The position numbers and the translations under genes were made by a program. Positions 55,032-63,613 of a stretch of DNA of 64,000 nucleotides are shown piece by piece. Location of the stretch: IMG/VR virus record IMGVR_UViG_3300032135_000291, positions 10,916 to 74,915 of that record; one strand, 5' to 3'. The notes beneath the pieces were generated by a model. That model did no database searches, was not told the DNA's origin, and saw only the letters and a program-made list of their open reading frames with translations. Each line of letters opens with the position of its first letter. Position 1 is the stretch's first letter. This DNA comes from a virus. Taxonomy: Duplodnaviria; Caudoviricetes.

Positions 55032-55783
55032 GACCGCACCAATGCTTCGAGGACGGGCTGCGCCGCGTGGGCGCTCAGTGCGAATCCCGGGACGGTGACA
55101 GTTAGGGCGACGATGGGTGTCACGAACTCGGCGGCGCCAATAGCGGGGCCGAGCGGAAAGCGGACTCCCTTTTTCTTCACCCGGAACGCGATCACCAGGA
55201 CGATGCCTCCGACACAGATGGCCCACAGTGCGACGAAGACACCCGTCCAGCCGCCGAACGTGGCCGCGATAATACCCGCGCCGACGGCGAGGTAGACGTC
55301 GCCCATTCCGATGCCTCCGTTTGTGATCAGCCCGAGCGCCAAGAAGAACGCCGCGAATGCCAGGCCGAAGCCGACCGCGACGAACGCATGCGTGATGTTT
55401 GACGAGGCCATGAACGCGAAGACGACCGCGCTTGCTGCGTTGATTCGGGTCAACTGGTGCGGCAGGCGCATCGTACGGATATCGGTGTGGCAGGCTCCCG
55501 CTGTCGCGGCGAAGGCGAAGGTGAGCGGAATTGCCGCCCAGCCGAGCCACGCATACGCAACCAAAGCCACTGCGATCGACGCGGCGTCAAGTAGCGCACG
55601 GCGAGCCTTGTGGATCGTGGGAACAGGCATGAAGTAGAGCGCCACCGGAAGCAGGCGCACGGGGGCCGACAGGGCCCGACCGGCGCTCAGGCGGATCATG
55701 GTGGTGGCGACGCCGCTGGCCAGCAGGCCCACGCAAATCAGTGCCAGGGCTGCGGGCGTCGAGAGGGCGATAGTCTCGCTCAT
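55028..55783 (-). CDS. Prepilin peptidase A24-like membrane aspartic protease
   Basis: TDIRTMRLP and GIGMGDVYLA catalytic-Asp motifs; multiple TM segments. Confidence 0.85.
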   Translation of the reverse strand: MSETIALSTPAALALICVGLLASGVATTMIRLSAGRALSAPVRLLPVALYFMPVPTIHKARRALLDAASIAVALVAYAWLGWAAIPLTFAFAATAGACHTDIRTMRLPHQLTRINAASAVVFAFMASSNITHAFVAVGFGLAFAAFFLALGLITNGGIGMGDVYLAVGAGIIAATFGGWTGVFVALWAICVGGIVLVIAFRVKKKGVRFPLGPAIGAAEFVTPIVALTVTVPGFALSAHAAQPVLEALVRS

Positions 55784-55898
55784 TTTTCTGTCTTCTTCCG
55801 TGTATGTGAGTGAAAGCCTACCACACGCCAAACGGTGTTGCGTGCATGTCTTTGAGGTGTGGTAGGCTCGCATTACTGACACGAAACAGGAGGCCATC

Positions 55899-56096
55899 AT
55901 GGCTATGATCAATGCGACCCACACGACGACCCTTACTGGGGGAGTCCCCTTCTCCGAGTTCGCACTTGACGCGCACGAGAAGACCGACGCGCAGATCCAG
56001 AACGAGATCGACGCCTTCGACGCGGAGTTCGCTGCGAAGCCGGAGACCATCGACATCCCCGCGATGCTCGTACCGTCCTCGGTGCGCGAGAACTGA
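55899..56096 (+). CDS. Small acidic hypothetical protein
   Basis: SD caggagg; Asp/Glu-rich 65 aa. Confidence 0.55.
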   Translation: MAMINATHTTTLTGGVPFSEFALDAHEKTDAQIQNEIDAFDAEFAAKPETIDIPAMLVPSSVREN

Positions 56097-56105
56097 CCGT
56101 CCACC

Positions 56106-56993
56106 ATGTCGGTAGAGGACTCATCGCTCGACGAGGATCTGCTCGCCGGAGTTGAAGCACCACCCCAGGCGCGTGTCGTCATTGGGCCGTCTCGCGAGAG
56201 TCGGCTGGCGCACGAGGCGTGGACTGTGTGGGCCAGGACGACCGGACGGCCAGACGCACCAGTGGCTGACCGTCCGTTCGTGTACGCCTTCGTCACACAG
56301 GTGCGGGCGGGCAGGTCCCATGAGTATCTACTCGACGTAGTACGCGGTGCAGCGCGTTTGCCAGTGAAGGCCAACAACGCGAATGACACGCGCCGCGTGA
56401 TCAACGCGCTGCGTACAGCAACGACCGCGAAGACTGCGGTCGGGGCTCTGCACGCGGGTCACGAAATCATCCCGTTTGCGAACGGCGACGAACGCCCACT
56501 GCTGTGCTCGGTGACAGACATTGTCGCCGCGTGCCGCATCGCTCCGGGGCAGTGGGGCGAGCGGGACCAGGACGTCGCCGGGATCATCATGGAGACCATG
56601 AACCCAGAGGAACTCGAAGCGGCAGCAACCGCCGCGTCGCGCTCCCTCGGGTGCGACGGGGTCTTCCCTGTTGACGTGTTGCGTGCGGCTCGTTCAGCCC
56701 ACGTCTCGAAGGCGGCCGGCGGGCGCAACACTAGGGCTCGCGACACGTACTCGGCCGGTGAGGCCGAGCGAAGAAGCGTGGGCGGTGTTGAGGTCGGACT
56801 CGACGACCTGGCCAAGCAAATGGTCCTGCGGGGCGCCTCAGACGCCGACATCATACGGGTCCACGAGTCCGCGCCCGAGGGTTACTGGGACGCGGTGTTC
56901 CAGTTGGCACTCGAGGGCGACTCGAATGAGGGCGCCTACGATCACCTGGTCGGGCGCTTCTCCGGCTGGCACCCATCTCAGCGACTGCACTAA
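56106..56993 (+). CDS. Hypothetical protein
   Basis: Long ORF closely following 55899..56096. Confidence 0.55.
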   Translation: MSVEDSSLDEDLLAGVEAPPQARVVIGPSRESRLAHEAWTVWARTTGRPDAPVADRPFVYAFVTQVRAGRSHEYLLDVVRGAARLPVKANNANDTRRVINALRTATTAKTAVGALHAGHEIIPFANGDERPLLCSVTDIVAACRIAPGQWGERDQDVAGIIMETMNPEELEAAATAASRSLGCDGVFPVDVLRAARSAHVSKAAGGRNTRARDTYSAGEAERRSVGGVEVGLDDLAKQMVLRGASDADIIRVHESAPEGYWDAVFQLALEGDSNEGAYDHLVGRFSGWHPSQRLH

Positions 56994-57008
56994 GAACCGC
57001 GAGATTTG

Positions 57009-57058
57009 ACACAGATACGCCCCGCGAGGACCGATGTCCTCGCGGGGCGTATCTGTGT
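57009..57058. terminator. Bidirectional terminator (22-bp perfect inverted repeat)
   Basis: acacagatacgccccgcgagga-ccgatg-tcctcgcggggcgtatctgtgt between convergent genes. Confidence 0.8.
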
Positions 57059-57092
57059 TTGGTGCGGGTCGCGGCCGCGCTGCCTGCTGGCT

Positions 57093-57368
57093 CTAAATGA
57101 GGTCCGTGTCCAGCGGTGCGGGGGTGCGCTTCGAGCGCCACCGGTTGGCGCGCCATCCGAAGCGAACGGGGTCGCCCTCCTCGGACGCCTCGTCGCATTG
57201 CTCGCTGACGGTGCAGCCTCCGCACAGTGCGGCGACTCTCTCCTTCGAGGCGGTCATCATGTCGACATCCTCTTGGACGCAGGCACCGCTCTCGGCCCAG
57301 CCGGGCTCTGGGCGCGCAAGGCGTTCCAACGTCAGTCGTGCAATGGGTGGCATGTCTACGTCGGTCAC
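57093..57368 (-). CDS. Short WhiB-like protein
   Basis: W..GAC..LCGGCTVSEQC four-Cys spacing; degenerate GVWGG turn (RFGWRA). Confidence 0.6.
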   Translation of the reverse strand: MTDVDMPPIARLTLERLARPEPGWAESGACVQEDVDMMTASKERVAALCGGCTVSEQCDEASEEGDPVRFGWRANRWRSKRTPAPLDTDLI

Positions 57369-59575
57369 TGGGCAATCTCCAATTCCTTGGCGCCGATTGA
57401 GAAGGCTTCAAGCAGGCGCGCGCCCTGCCTGTCCCGTGCTTCATCCCACGACTCGCCCTGTTCGGGCTTGCCGAAGTAGAGGTCGTTGTCGCTGGCCGAT
57501 TCGTCCTCGCCGTCGATCACCGAAGTGAACATTGCCTTCTTGACGGCGTTCATGCGGACGAGCATGGTGTCGATCGTGTTGTCCGCAATCGAGTAGTGAA
57601 GGAACGCCTCGTGGGGTTCGAACTGCTCGGAGAACCGAGCCCAACAGCGTCCGGCCATCTGCACGATCCATGACGGCACGAACGGCATCTCGTGAAGGAA
57701 CACGTCCTTCGCCGCGGTGAGCGTGTGACCCTCGCGAGCCGCCATCGAGCAGATGATCAGGCGCGTGTCTGGATCCGCCTGGAACTTGCGCTTGTGGTCC
57801 ACGATCGACTGGTCGTTCTGTTCCGCGCCAGACAGGATGTGCACCGGGTTGTACTTGGCGAACGTCGGCTCGTTGACCAGTGCGTCTCGGGCTTCACGGT
57901 GGTGGACGTAGATGATCAGTTTGTTGCGCGACGGGTCGGTGGACATCTCGCCCGCCATGAAGCGGTGGACCCACTCAATGGTGTGAGGGACCTTCATCAG
58001 CGACAACTGGGCGCGCAAGGCGGTGAGTCGCATGACATCTTCACCGGCCATCAGTTTGCGCACCGCATACTCTTCGGCCCGCTCCTGGTTCCTGCCAGCG
58101 GCTGCGGCTTCGCGACGGACGTTGGTGATGAGCCACGCCCGGAACTCTTCTGCGACCTCTTCATAGTGGCTCATGACTTCGGGCGCGAGTTCAAACCGGA
58201 ACAGCGCCTCGGACAGCGGGGGCAACGGGTTGATGACGTCGATCTTGCGGCGGCGGATCATGCCGGCGTCGAGCAGCATGTGATTCAACTGGGCGGTGTG
58301 CGTGGCCTTGTTGTTCCACCAGGCGCCGTACTGGTCGTACTGTCCGCCGCACCACTGTGTCTCGAAGGCGCGCTGGGGCCAGACTTCCTTGGGCTGCCAG
58401 TTGAGCGCACCGGGCTTGTTGCCGCCCCCGGCGAAGTGGTTCGGCTGGCGGCCGACGCGGGTGCGCATGATCGTGGTGCCGTGCTCCTTGCGGTACTCCT
58501 CGCGGGCGGTCTCGAAGAAGCGTGCAGACCAGCCAAGGATCTGGATGAGCGCCCACAGTTCCCTCGGATTGTTCAGGAACGGCGTACCGGTGGCCATAAC
58601 CACGTAGGGGTGCTCGGATGCCTCTCGCACAGCGTTGGCAATCTTGAGTGCTGACTTCGAGCGCTCGGTGTCCATGTTCTTGTAGACGTGCGCCTCGTCG
58701 GCGATGAAGGCTCGCGGGTTTGCGGCGAGGATGTCGTTGAGGCGGCGGGCCTTGGTGATGAGGTCGTGGTTCACGACGATGAACTGGGTGTCGGCCGCGA
58801 TCGGTGCCGCCTTGCCACCGGTGAGCACTTCGATCTTCGCGTCGTCCTTCCAGCGGGTAATCTCCTCGGCGATCTCCAACTTCATCGACTTGGTGACCGC
58901 GACGACGACCGGGTAGTTGACGGGCAGGCCCTTGCTTTCGAGGTAGTCGTTCAGAGACATCAGGCCGCAGACGAACTCGCCGCCCTTGCCAAGGCCAACG
59001 GCGTCCGCTAGCAGCGCCGCACCGTTGTGGGCCATCGTCAGCACGGCGTCTTCCTGGTGCTCCTTGAGCACACGCCCGGACGCGAAGTTCTTGGGGACGG
59101 CGAACCCGACGGACAGGGCGTCGGCCGCAGTCCCCGCGACGGCGTGGACGGCCTGGTCGAGTCCGTCGAGATGTCCTTCCAACTGGGGGGACACGCAGAT
59201 GTTGTAGGTCTTGCAGATGTCACGCAGACCGTCGGCGTACTGGTCGGGGTCCTTGACCCGGAAGCCGGGGAGGAACTGGTCGAACGAGAAGGACGCCCCG
59301 GTGTCTTCGATGGCGTCACGCAGCGTGAGCGCGTACCCGTGGAGCAGGACGGCGTCGCCGCCCATGAAGATTGCGTTGCGGGGCTCGCCGCTCTCCTCGG
59401 CCCACCGGAGGTCGGTGACGGTCGGCTCGAACCAGTCGGGCTTGTCGCATTCCCAGGTGAGTGCATCGGTGTCGAGCGCGGCCCAGCGGCTGACGCCGGT
59501 GAACTTGCCGTCGAGCATGATGCCGCGCACGTTGGCGCGCGAGACAGTGGCGGAGCGGGTTTGAGTGTCGGTCAT
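57365..59575 (-). CDS. SNF2-family (HARP/SMARCAL1-like) helicase
   Basis: HQ..LLADAVGLGKG, FIADEAH, ATGTP..NNPREL, AAREGHTLTAA, QMAGRCWAR. Confidence 0.88.
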   Translation of the reverse strand: MTDTQTRSATVSRANVRGIMLDGKFTGVSRWAALDTDALTWECDKPDWFEPTVTDLRWAEESGEPRNAIFMGGDAVLLHGYALTLRDAIEDTGASFSFDQFLPGFRVKDPDQYADGLRDICKTYNICVSPQLEGHLDGLDQAVHAVAGTAADALSVGFAVPKNFASGRVLKEHQEDAVLTMAHNGAALLADAVGLGKGGEFVCGLMSLNDYLESKGLPVNYPVVVAVTKSMKLEIAEEITRWKDDAKIEVLTGGKAAPIAADTQFIVVNHDLITKARRLNDILAANPRAFIADEAHVYKNMDTERSKSALKIANAVREASEHPYVVMATGTPFLNNPRELWALIQILGWSARFFETAREEYRKEHGTTIMRTRVGRQPNHFAGGGNKPGALNWQPKEVWPQRAFETQWCGGQYDQYGAWWNNKATHTAQLNHMLLDAGMIRRRKIDVINPLPPLSEALFRFELAPEVMSHYEEVAEEFRAWLITNVRREAAAAGRNQERAEEYAVRKLMAGEDVMRLTALRAQLSLMKVPHTIEWVHRFMAGEMSTDPSRNKLIIYVHHREARDALVNEPTFAKYNPVHILSGAEQNDQSIVDHKRKFQADPDTRLIICSMAAREGHTLTAAKDVFLHEMPFVPSWIVQMAGRCWARFSEQFEPHEAFLHYSIADNTIDTMLVRMNAVKKAMFTSVIDGEDESASDNDLYFGKPEQGESWDEARDRQGARLLEAFSIGAKELEIAQ

Positions 59576-59721
59576 AGTCCTGGTGGACCCCTCATATTTG
59601 TGTGATAGTAATACCAAAGGCTACCACACACGAAGGGTTTGCGGTTCGTGCTCGTCCCGGCGGCCAGGGCCCATAACGGCTGACCGCATTTCGTGTCACA
59701 CACTTTGGCTAGTCTGACCAC

Positions 59722-60318
59722 ATGAGCACACACGAGAACGCAGCGATCGAGCCGCCAGACATCCTGGTCTGGTGCGACGAGGAGACCACCGGACTGGTTG
59801 CCCACCACGAGCACCTGCTGGAAGTTGCCGTCCTCGTCACCGATGTCGACCTGAACCTGCTCGACGAGGTCGGGTTCGAGCGCATCGTCCACTACGACCA
59901 GGGCACGGTCCGGCGCTTTCGCGACAACGCTGCCCCCGTCGTGCGGGGGATGCATGACGCCTCTGGTTTGTGGGACCGGCTTTCGTCCGGTCAGGCCGTC
60001 GACGTGGTCGACCAGGAGATGCTCGCCTACATCAAGCAGTTCGCCCCGAACTATCGCCAGGCGCGCTTCGCCGGCAACTCGCTGCGCTTGGACATGAACT
60101 TCGCCGACGAGTGGCTGCCGGAGACCGCCGGGCACATGCACTACCAATTCTTGGACGTTTCCGGGATGGCGTTCCTGGCGGAGAACTGGGCCGGGGTGCC
60201 GCTGATGGACAAGGCATACGGGCACACCGCGATGGCTGACATCCGTGAGTCGCTGGCCGAGTTGAAGTACCTGCGCGAGCACGGGCTGTTTGCTCGCCAG
60301 CACGCGGCTGTCGCGTGA
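59722..60318 (+). CDS. orn: Oligoribonuclease (DEDDh)
   Basis: VWCDEETTGL, LEVAVLVTD, MH..SGL, AGNSL..D..F, HY..LDVS, HTAMADIRES. Confidence 0.88.
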   Translation: MSTHENAAIEPPDILVWCDEETTGLVAHHEHLLEVAVLVTDVDLNLLDEVGFERIVHYDQGTVRRFRDNAAPVVRGMHDASGLWDRLSSGQAVDVVDQEMLAYIKQFAPNYRQARFAGNSLRLDMNFADEWLPETAGHMHYQFLDVSGMAFLAENWAGVPLMDKAYGHTAMADIRESLAELKYLREHGLFARQHAAVA

Positions 60319-60995
60319 CAGATGCCGCGGTCGCGGTAGGTCTCGGCGTCTCCCTGCTGCTGGTCGAGTTGGGTCGCAGCGTCCCTGCCTGGTTGCGGGT
60401 TCGCCGCACTCAGTCCGTCGACGGGTACAGCGCGGTCAGCCAGGGCATCCTTCTGGGCACGGCTCCGGCATGGCTCCTCGTCGCAGTCATCGAGGGCGCC
60501 CCGTGGATCTTCGCGGCCACCGCACTGTGGGCCGCACTGCATGTGGCGCTCGTCGCCGAGGGTTTCCGGGTCGATCCCGCTTTCGGTCTTCGGGCGCTGA
60601 GGGTTGGTGGCGTCTCGCTCGCTACGGCAGGCGTCGCAGCACTGGTGGGTGCAACACTCTTCGACTCGCTAGGGCTCGCACTGGGTTTGATGGTCGTCGC
60701 GGCGACCGCGGGGTACTCGCTCCCGGCGTTGGTGGCGGGGATGCGCTCCGCGTCGACTCGGGGGCTGAGCGTCATCGAACTCGGCATCAATGTGTTCGAG
60801 GGCGTCGTCTACGTGCTCGCCGGGCTCGGGGTCGTAGCCCTGGTCGCCTCGTCGCAAGGGGCTCTCAGTTACGTGCTCTTCGGCGCTGTGGCCGTCGTCT
60901 CCAATGCGCCTCGTCTCGTCCGCACTTCATACCGTCGGGTGCGTGGTCTCGACACCCCGCCCGTGTTGAGCGCCGCGGATACCTTGGTGGTATGA
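60315..60995 (+). CDS. PQ-loop/SWEET-like membrane protein
   Basis: Two repeats P..LRVRRTQSVDGYS / P..VAGMRSASTRGLS; about 7 TM segments. Confidence 0.6.
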   Translation: MTDAAVAVGLGVSLLLVELGRSVPAWLRVRRTQSVDGYSAVSQGILLGTAPAWLLVAVIEGAPWIFAATALWAALHVALVAEGFRVDPAFGLRALRVGGVSLATAGVAALVGATLFDSLGLALGLMVVAATAGYSLPALVAGMRSASTRGLSVIELGINVFEGVVYVLAGLGVVALVASSQGALSYVLFGAVAVVSNAPRLVRTSYRRVRGLDTPPVLSAADTLVV

Positions 60996-61666
60996 GCACT
61001 CCTGCATGCAGCGCCCCGGTATGGGGTCACAGGTCCAACTACTCACGCCAGCAGTGCCCGTCGCCGGCGTGCAATGGCGGCAGGCCGACCATGAGGCAGG
61101 CGGCACTCGCGGCACTGCCGCCGCGGATCTTGACGCGGCTGGACGCGTACGTGCCGGAGCAAGGGTTCTTCGAGCCGGAGGACGAGGAGTCCGCCGAACT
61201 CGAGCGGGACCTGTTCAAGCGCGGACTGACGCCTTTCGGCTACGAGGTGTGGAGCCACCCCGGCCAAGACGGGCGTCACGTTTCGGAGGGCGTGCAGGTG
61301 TACGACTTCCCGCACAACGACTACCTCGCGGTCTACGTCGGTTCGGCCCTCAGCGTCCGGGCGCCTCGCGAAGTTGACGGGCGCAAGGTGTCGGTCGGTC
61401 GGCTCATTGACGGGAACCGTCTGTCCTTGGGGGCGCGCTCCGTCGACACGTACCCGCAGGAGAACTGGTCGTTGCGCCCTCGCCCTGCCGAGCCCGTGGC
61501 CGAGCCTGCGATCGATGCGGAGTCCCCGGAGTTCCAGAGTTACTACGACAAGAACTACGAGTGGCTCGCGGACCGGTGCGACCCGGAGCCCGGTGAGGAC
61601 TGGGACAAGCACATGCTCGAAACCGCGAAGTTCTACTTCGCCGAGGAGCAGTCCGAGATCTCGTAG
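60992..61666 (+). CDS. Cys/His-tag family protein
   Basis: CSAPVWGH..CPSPAC, N-term closely matching 13817; GGATAC motif upstream. Confidence 0.7.
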   Translation: MSTPACSAPVWGHRSNYSRQQCPSPACNGGRPTMRQAALAALPPRILTRLDAYVPEQGFFEPEDEESAELERDLFKRGLTPFGYEVWSHPGQDGRHVSEGVQVYDFPHNDYLAVYVGSALSVRAPREVDGRKVSVGRLIDGNRLSLGARSVDTYPQENWSLRPRPAEPVAEPAIDAESPEFQSYYDKNYEWLADRCDPEPGEDWDKHMLETAKFYFAEEQSEIS

Positions 61667-61683
61667 TCGCGGGGCGGTCGGAC

Positions 61684-62649
61684 CTACGGGTTGGGGTACA
61701 GAGCCACCGCGAGTTCGATCTCCGCGTCACCGACTGGCGCTGCGGGGAAGTCCTGCTGACGCGGCTCGTAGAGCATGTCCCATGCGCCGCTGTTCCTCGC
61801 GTCAATCCACGGGCCCTGACTGCCGTCCTTGGGTCGCGTGACGATCGCCTTCATTTCTGCGATGCGTGCCGTCACCCATGAGTCGTCACCTTCGGCCGCC
61901 GCGAGGAGCGGCTCGAACATGGGGCTGCCTTCGGGGATCAGGATCGTCGTCTGGACCGGGTACTCGCGCCGGGGTGCCTGGGCGAGGTCTCCACGGAATG
62001 CGAGCACTTGTCCGGGGTGCGTGATGTTGATGCTCGGGTTTGCGGCGGTCGCGATGATCGCAAGTCCCGCAGTGCATCGATCGACCTCAACAGGAGTGTC
62101 GCCGTTGCCGACACGGATGGTTCGATACGCGTGACAGTTGGTCAGCCTCGACTCTTTCCTAGGGGCGTTGCGCGCGATGCCCGGGATCGGGGCTGTCGCC
62201 GCCACGATGTGCGTCGCGGTGGAGTTGCTCGCTGACGCTCCCGTCGGGATAGACAGGCGCTGAGAGGGCTCGTCGTTGTACTCGTCGGAGTAGACGCCGA
62301 GGTCGACAACGTGGCAGTTGTCAACGTGGCCATCCATCCACGTTTGGATCTCGCCGTCGACCATGCAGCCCTCCGCGGAGGTGCCAGGGTGCAGGGTGAG
62401 TTTGCCGATGATGCGCAGGTGCCGCGCCGGGCGGTTCAGTCCGTCCGCCCTCCAGCCCGACTCATCTTCGAGTTCCACACGCCCGGACATGAAGCCGTCG
62501 AGGACCTCGGGTGGCGCCAGTGGCGCATTGGGTTTCGCGGGACGGACGGGCTCGAGCCGAGCCAGCGCCACACCGCGATGCAGCGGGCAGAGGGCTTCGT
62601 CGTCGAGGGATATGTGGCTCCCGGTGGGAGCCGTGCATTCCGTTGTCAT
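61684..62649 (-). CDS. Cys/His-tag family protein (class A; beta-helix-like centre; C-terminal VALYPNP)
   Basis: CTAPTGSH..CPLH; RPKDGSQGPWIDARNSGAW..LAVALYPNP; GGATAC upstream (alternative start 62652). Confidence 0.75.
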   Translation of the reverse strand: MTTECTAPTGSHISLDDEALCPLHRGVALARLEPVRPAKPNAPLAPPEVLDGFMSGRVELEDESGWRADGLNRPARHLRIIGKLTLHPGTSAEGCMVDGEIQTWMDGHVDNCHVVDLGVYSDEYNDEPSQRLSIPTGASASNSTATHIVAATAPIPGIARNAPRKESRLTNCHAYRTIRVGNGDTPVEVDRCTAGLAIIATAANPSINITHPGQVLAFRGDLAQAPRREYPVQTTILIPEGSPMFEPLLAAAEGDDSWVTARIAEMKAIVTRPKDGSQGPWIDARNSGAWDMLYEPRQQDFPAAPVGDAEIELAVALYPNP

Positions 62650-62674
62650 CATTATTTTGTATCCTAGGTGTGTG

Positions 62675-63613
62675 TCAGCGGCGTGCTTGGCGGTGACGTG
62701 CGGTCAACGTGATGATGCAGTGCTCGATGGCGATTCCGGCGTTCTTTCCGCTGGCTCCGTCGAGGACCATTTCGAAGGACTGGGCGACGTCGGAGAGCGC
62801 GCGCTGGCACAGCACGGGGGTCAGTCCGGGCATCTCGCGGATCGTCTTGTCGAGTGCCCATTTGTTGGCCTTAGGGAAGGATTCCTGGATCTCGTCGAAG
62901 GGCACTTTGGAGACGCCGAGCAGTGCCAAGCGGTACCTGTTTTCGAGGTAGCGCATGATGACGAAAGGCACCTGATTATCGGCCAGTGCGAGAGCGTTCA
63001 AAGCGGTCGCTGCGTTCCCTGTTGCGATGGCGGATCCGAGGTCCCATAGTGGGCGTTGCTCACTGACGGTTTGGATGGCGACGGCTCGTGCGATCCCCCA
63101 TGTGATGGTTTGACCGGCGGGCTGACTGGCAAGGGTGACGGCGGCTCGTTGCGCCATCTCGGGGGAGGGGGAGCAGAGGTCGACCAACTTCTTGGCGACG
63201 TTCGCCTCCATGCCGCGCTGGCGGTCCAGCAGCCAATCCTCGATCTGCTTGGCGAATGCGGCCGCGGACTTCGGCACCTGGAAGTCGTGGATTTTGGTGG
63301 CCCGATCCTTCACCGCTTTCGTCGGCGCGTTGTCCGACGTGATCGTGACGATGAGGTCGAGCGGGTGCTTGTGGAGGAACGTCATCGCCTTCGCGACCTC
63401 GTCCGCTTTCCACGAATGCAGGTTGAACAGCGACACAGAGTTGGTGTCACTCTCGAAGATGTCTCCGTCAGGAATGAGTGACGGGAGCGAGTTGGGGGAA
63501 GTGTCCCGACATTGGACATGCACGGGAAGCGTGGTGTCATCGCGTTCGTGCACCTGCGCAGCGAACAGCGCGTGCACTGGTCCGTGCCATACGGTCATGC
63601 TCTGGATCGCCAT
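62675..63613 (-). CDS. holA: DNA polymerase III delta (HolA)-like clamp-loader subunit
   Basis: About 310 aa, no Walker A; LWDLGSAIATGNAATAL..PFVIMRYL..KW architecture resembles the HolA C-terminus. Confidence 0.6.
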   Translation of the reverse strand: MAIQSMTVWHGPVHALFAAQVHERDDTTLPVHVQCRDTSPNSLPSLIPDGDIFESDTNSVSLFNLHSWKADEVAKAMTFLHKHPLDLIVTITSDNAPTKAVKDRATKIHDFQVPKSAAAFAKQIEDWLLDRQRGMEANVAKKLVDLCSPSPEMAQRAAVTLASQPAGQTITWGIARAVAIQTVSEQRPLWDLGSAIATGNAATALNALALADNQVPFVIMRYLENRYRLALLGVSKVPFDEIQESFPKANKWALDKTIREMPGLTPVLCQRALSDVAQSFEMVLDGASGKNAGIAIEHCIITLTARHRQARR

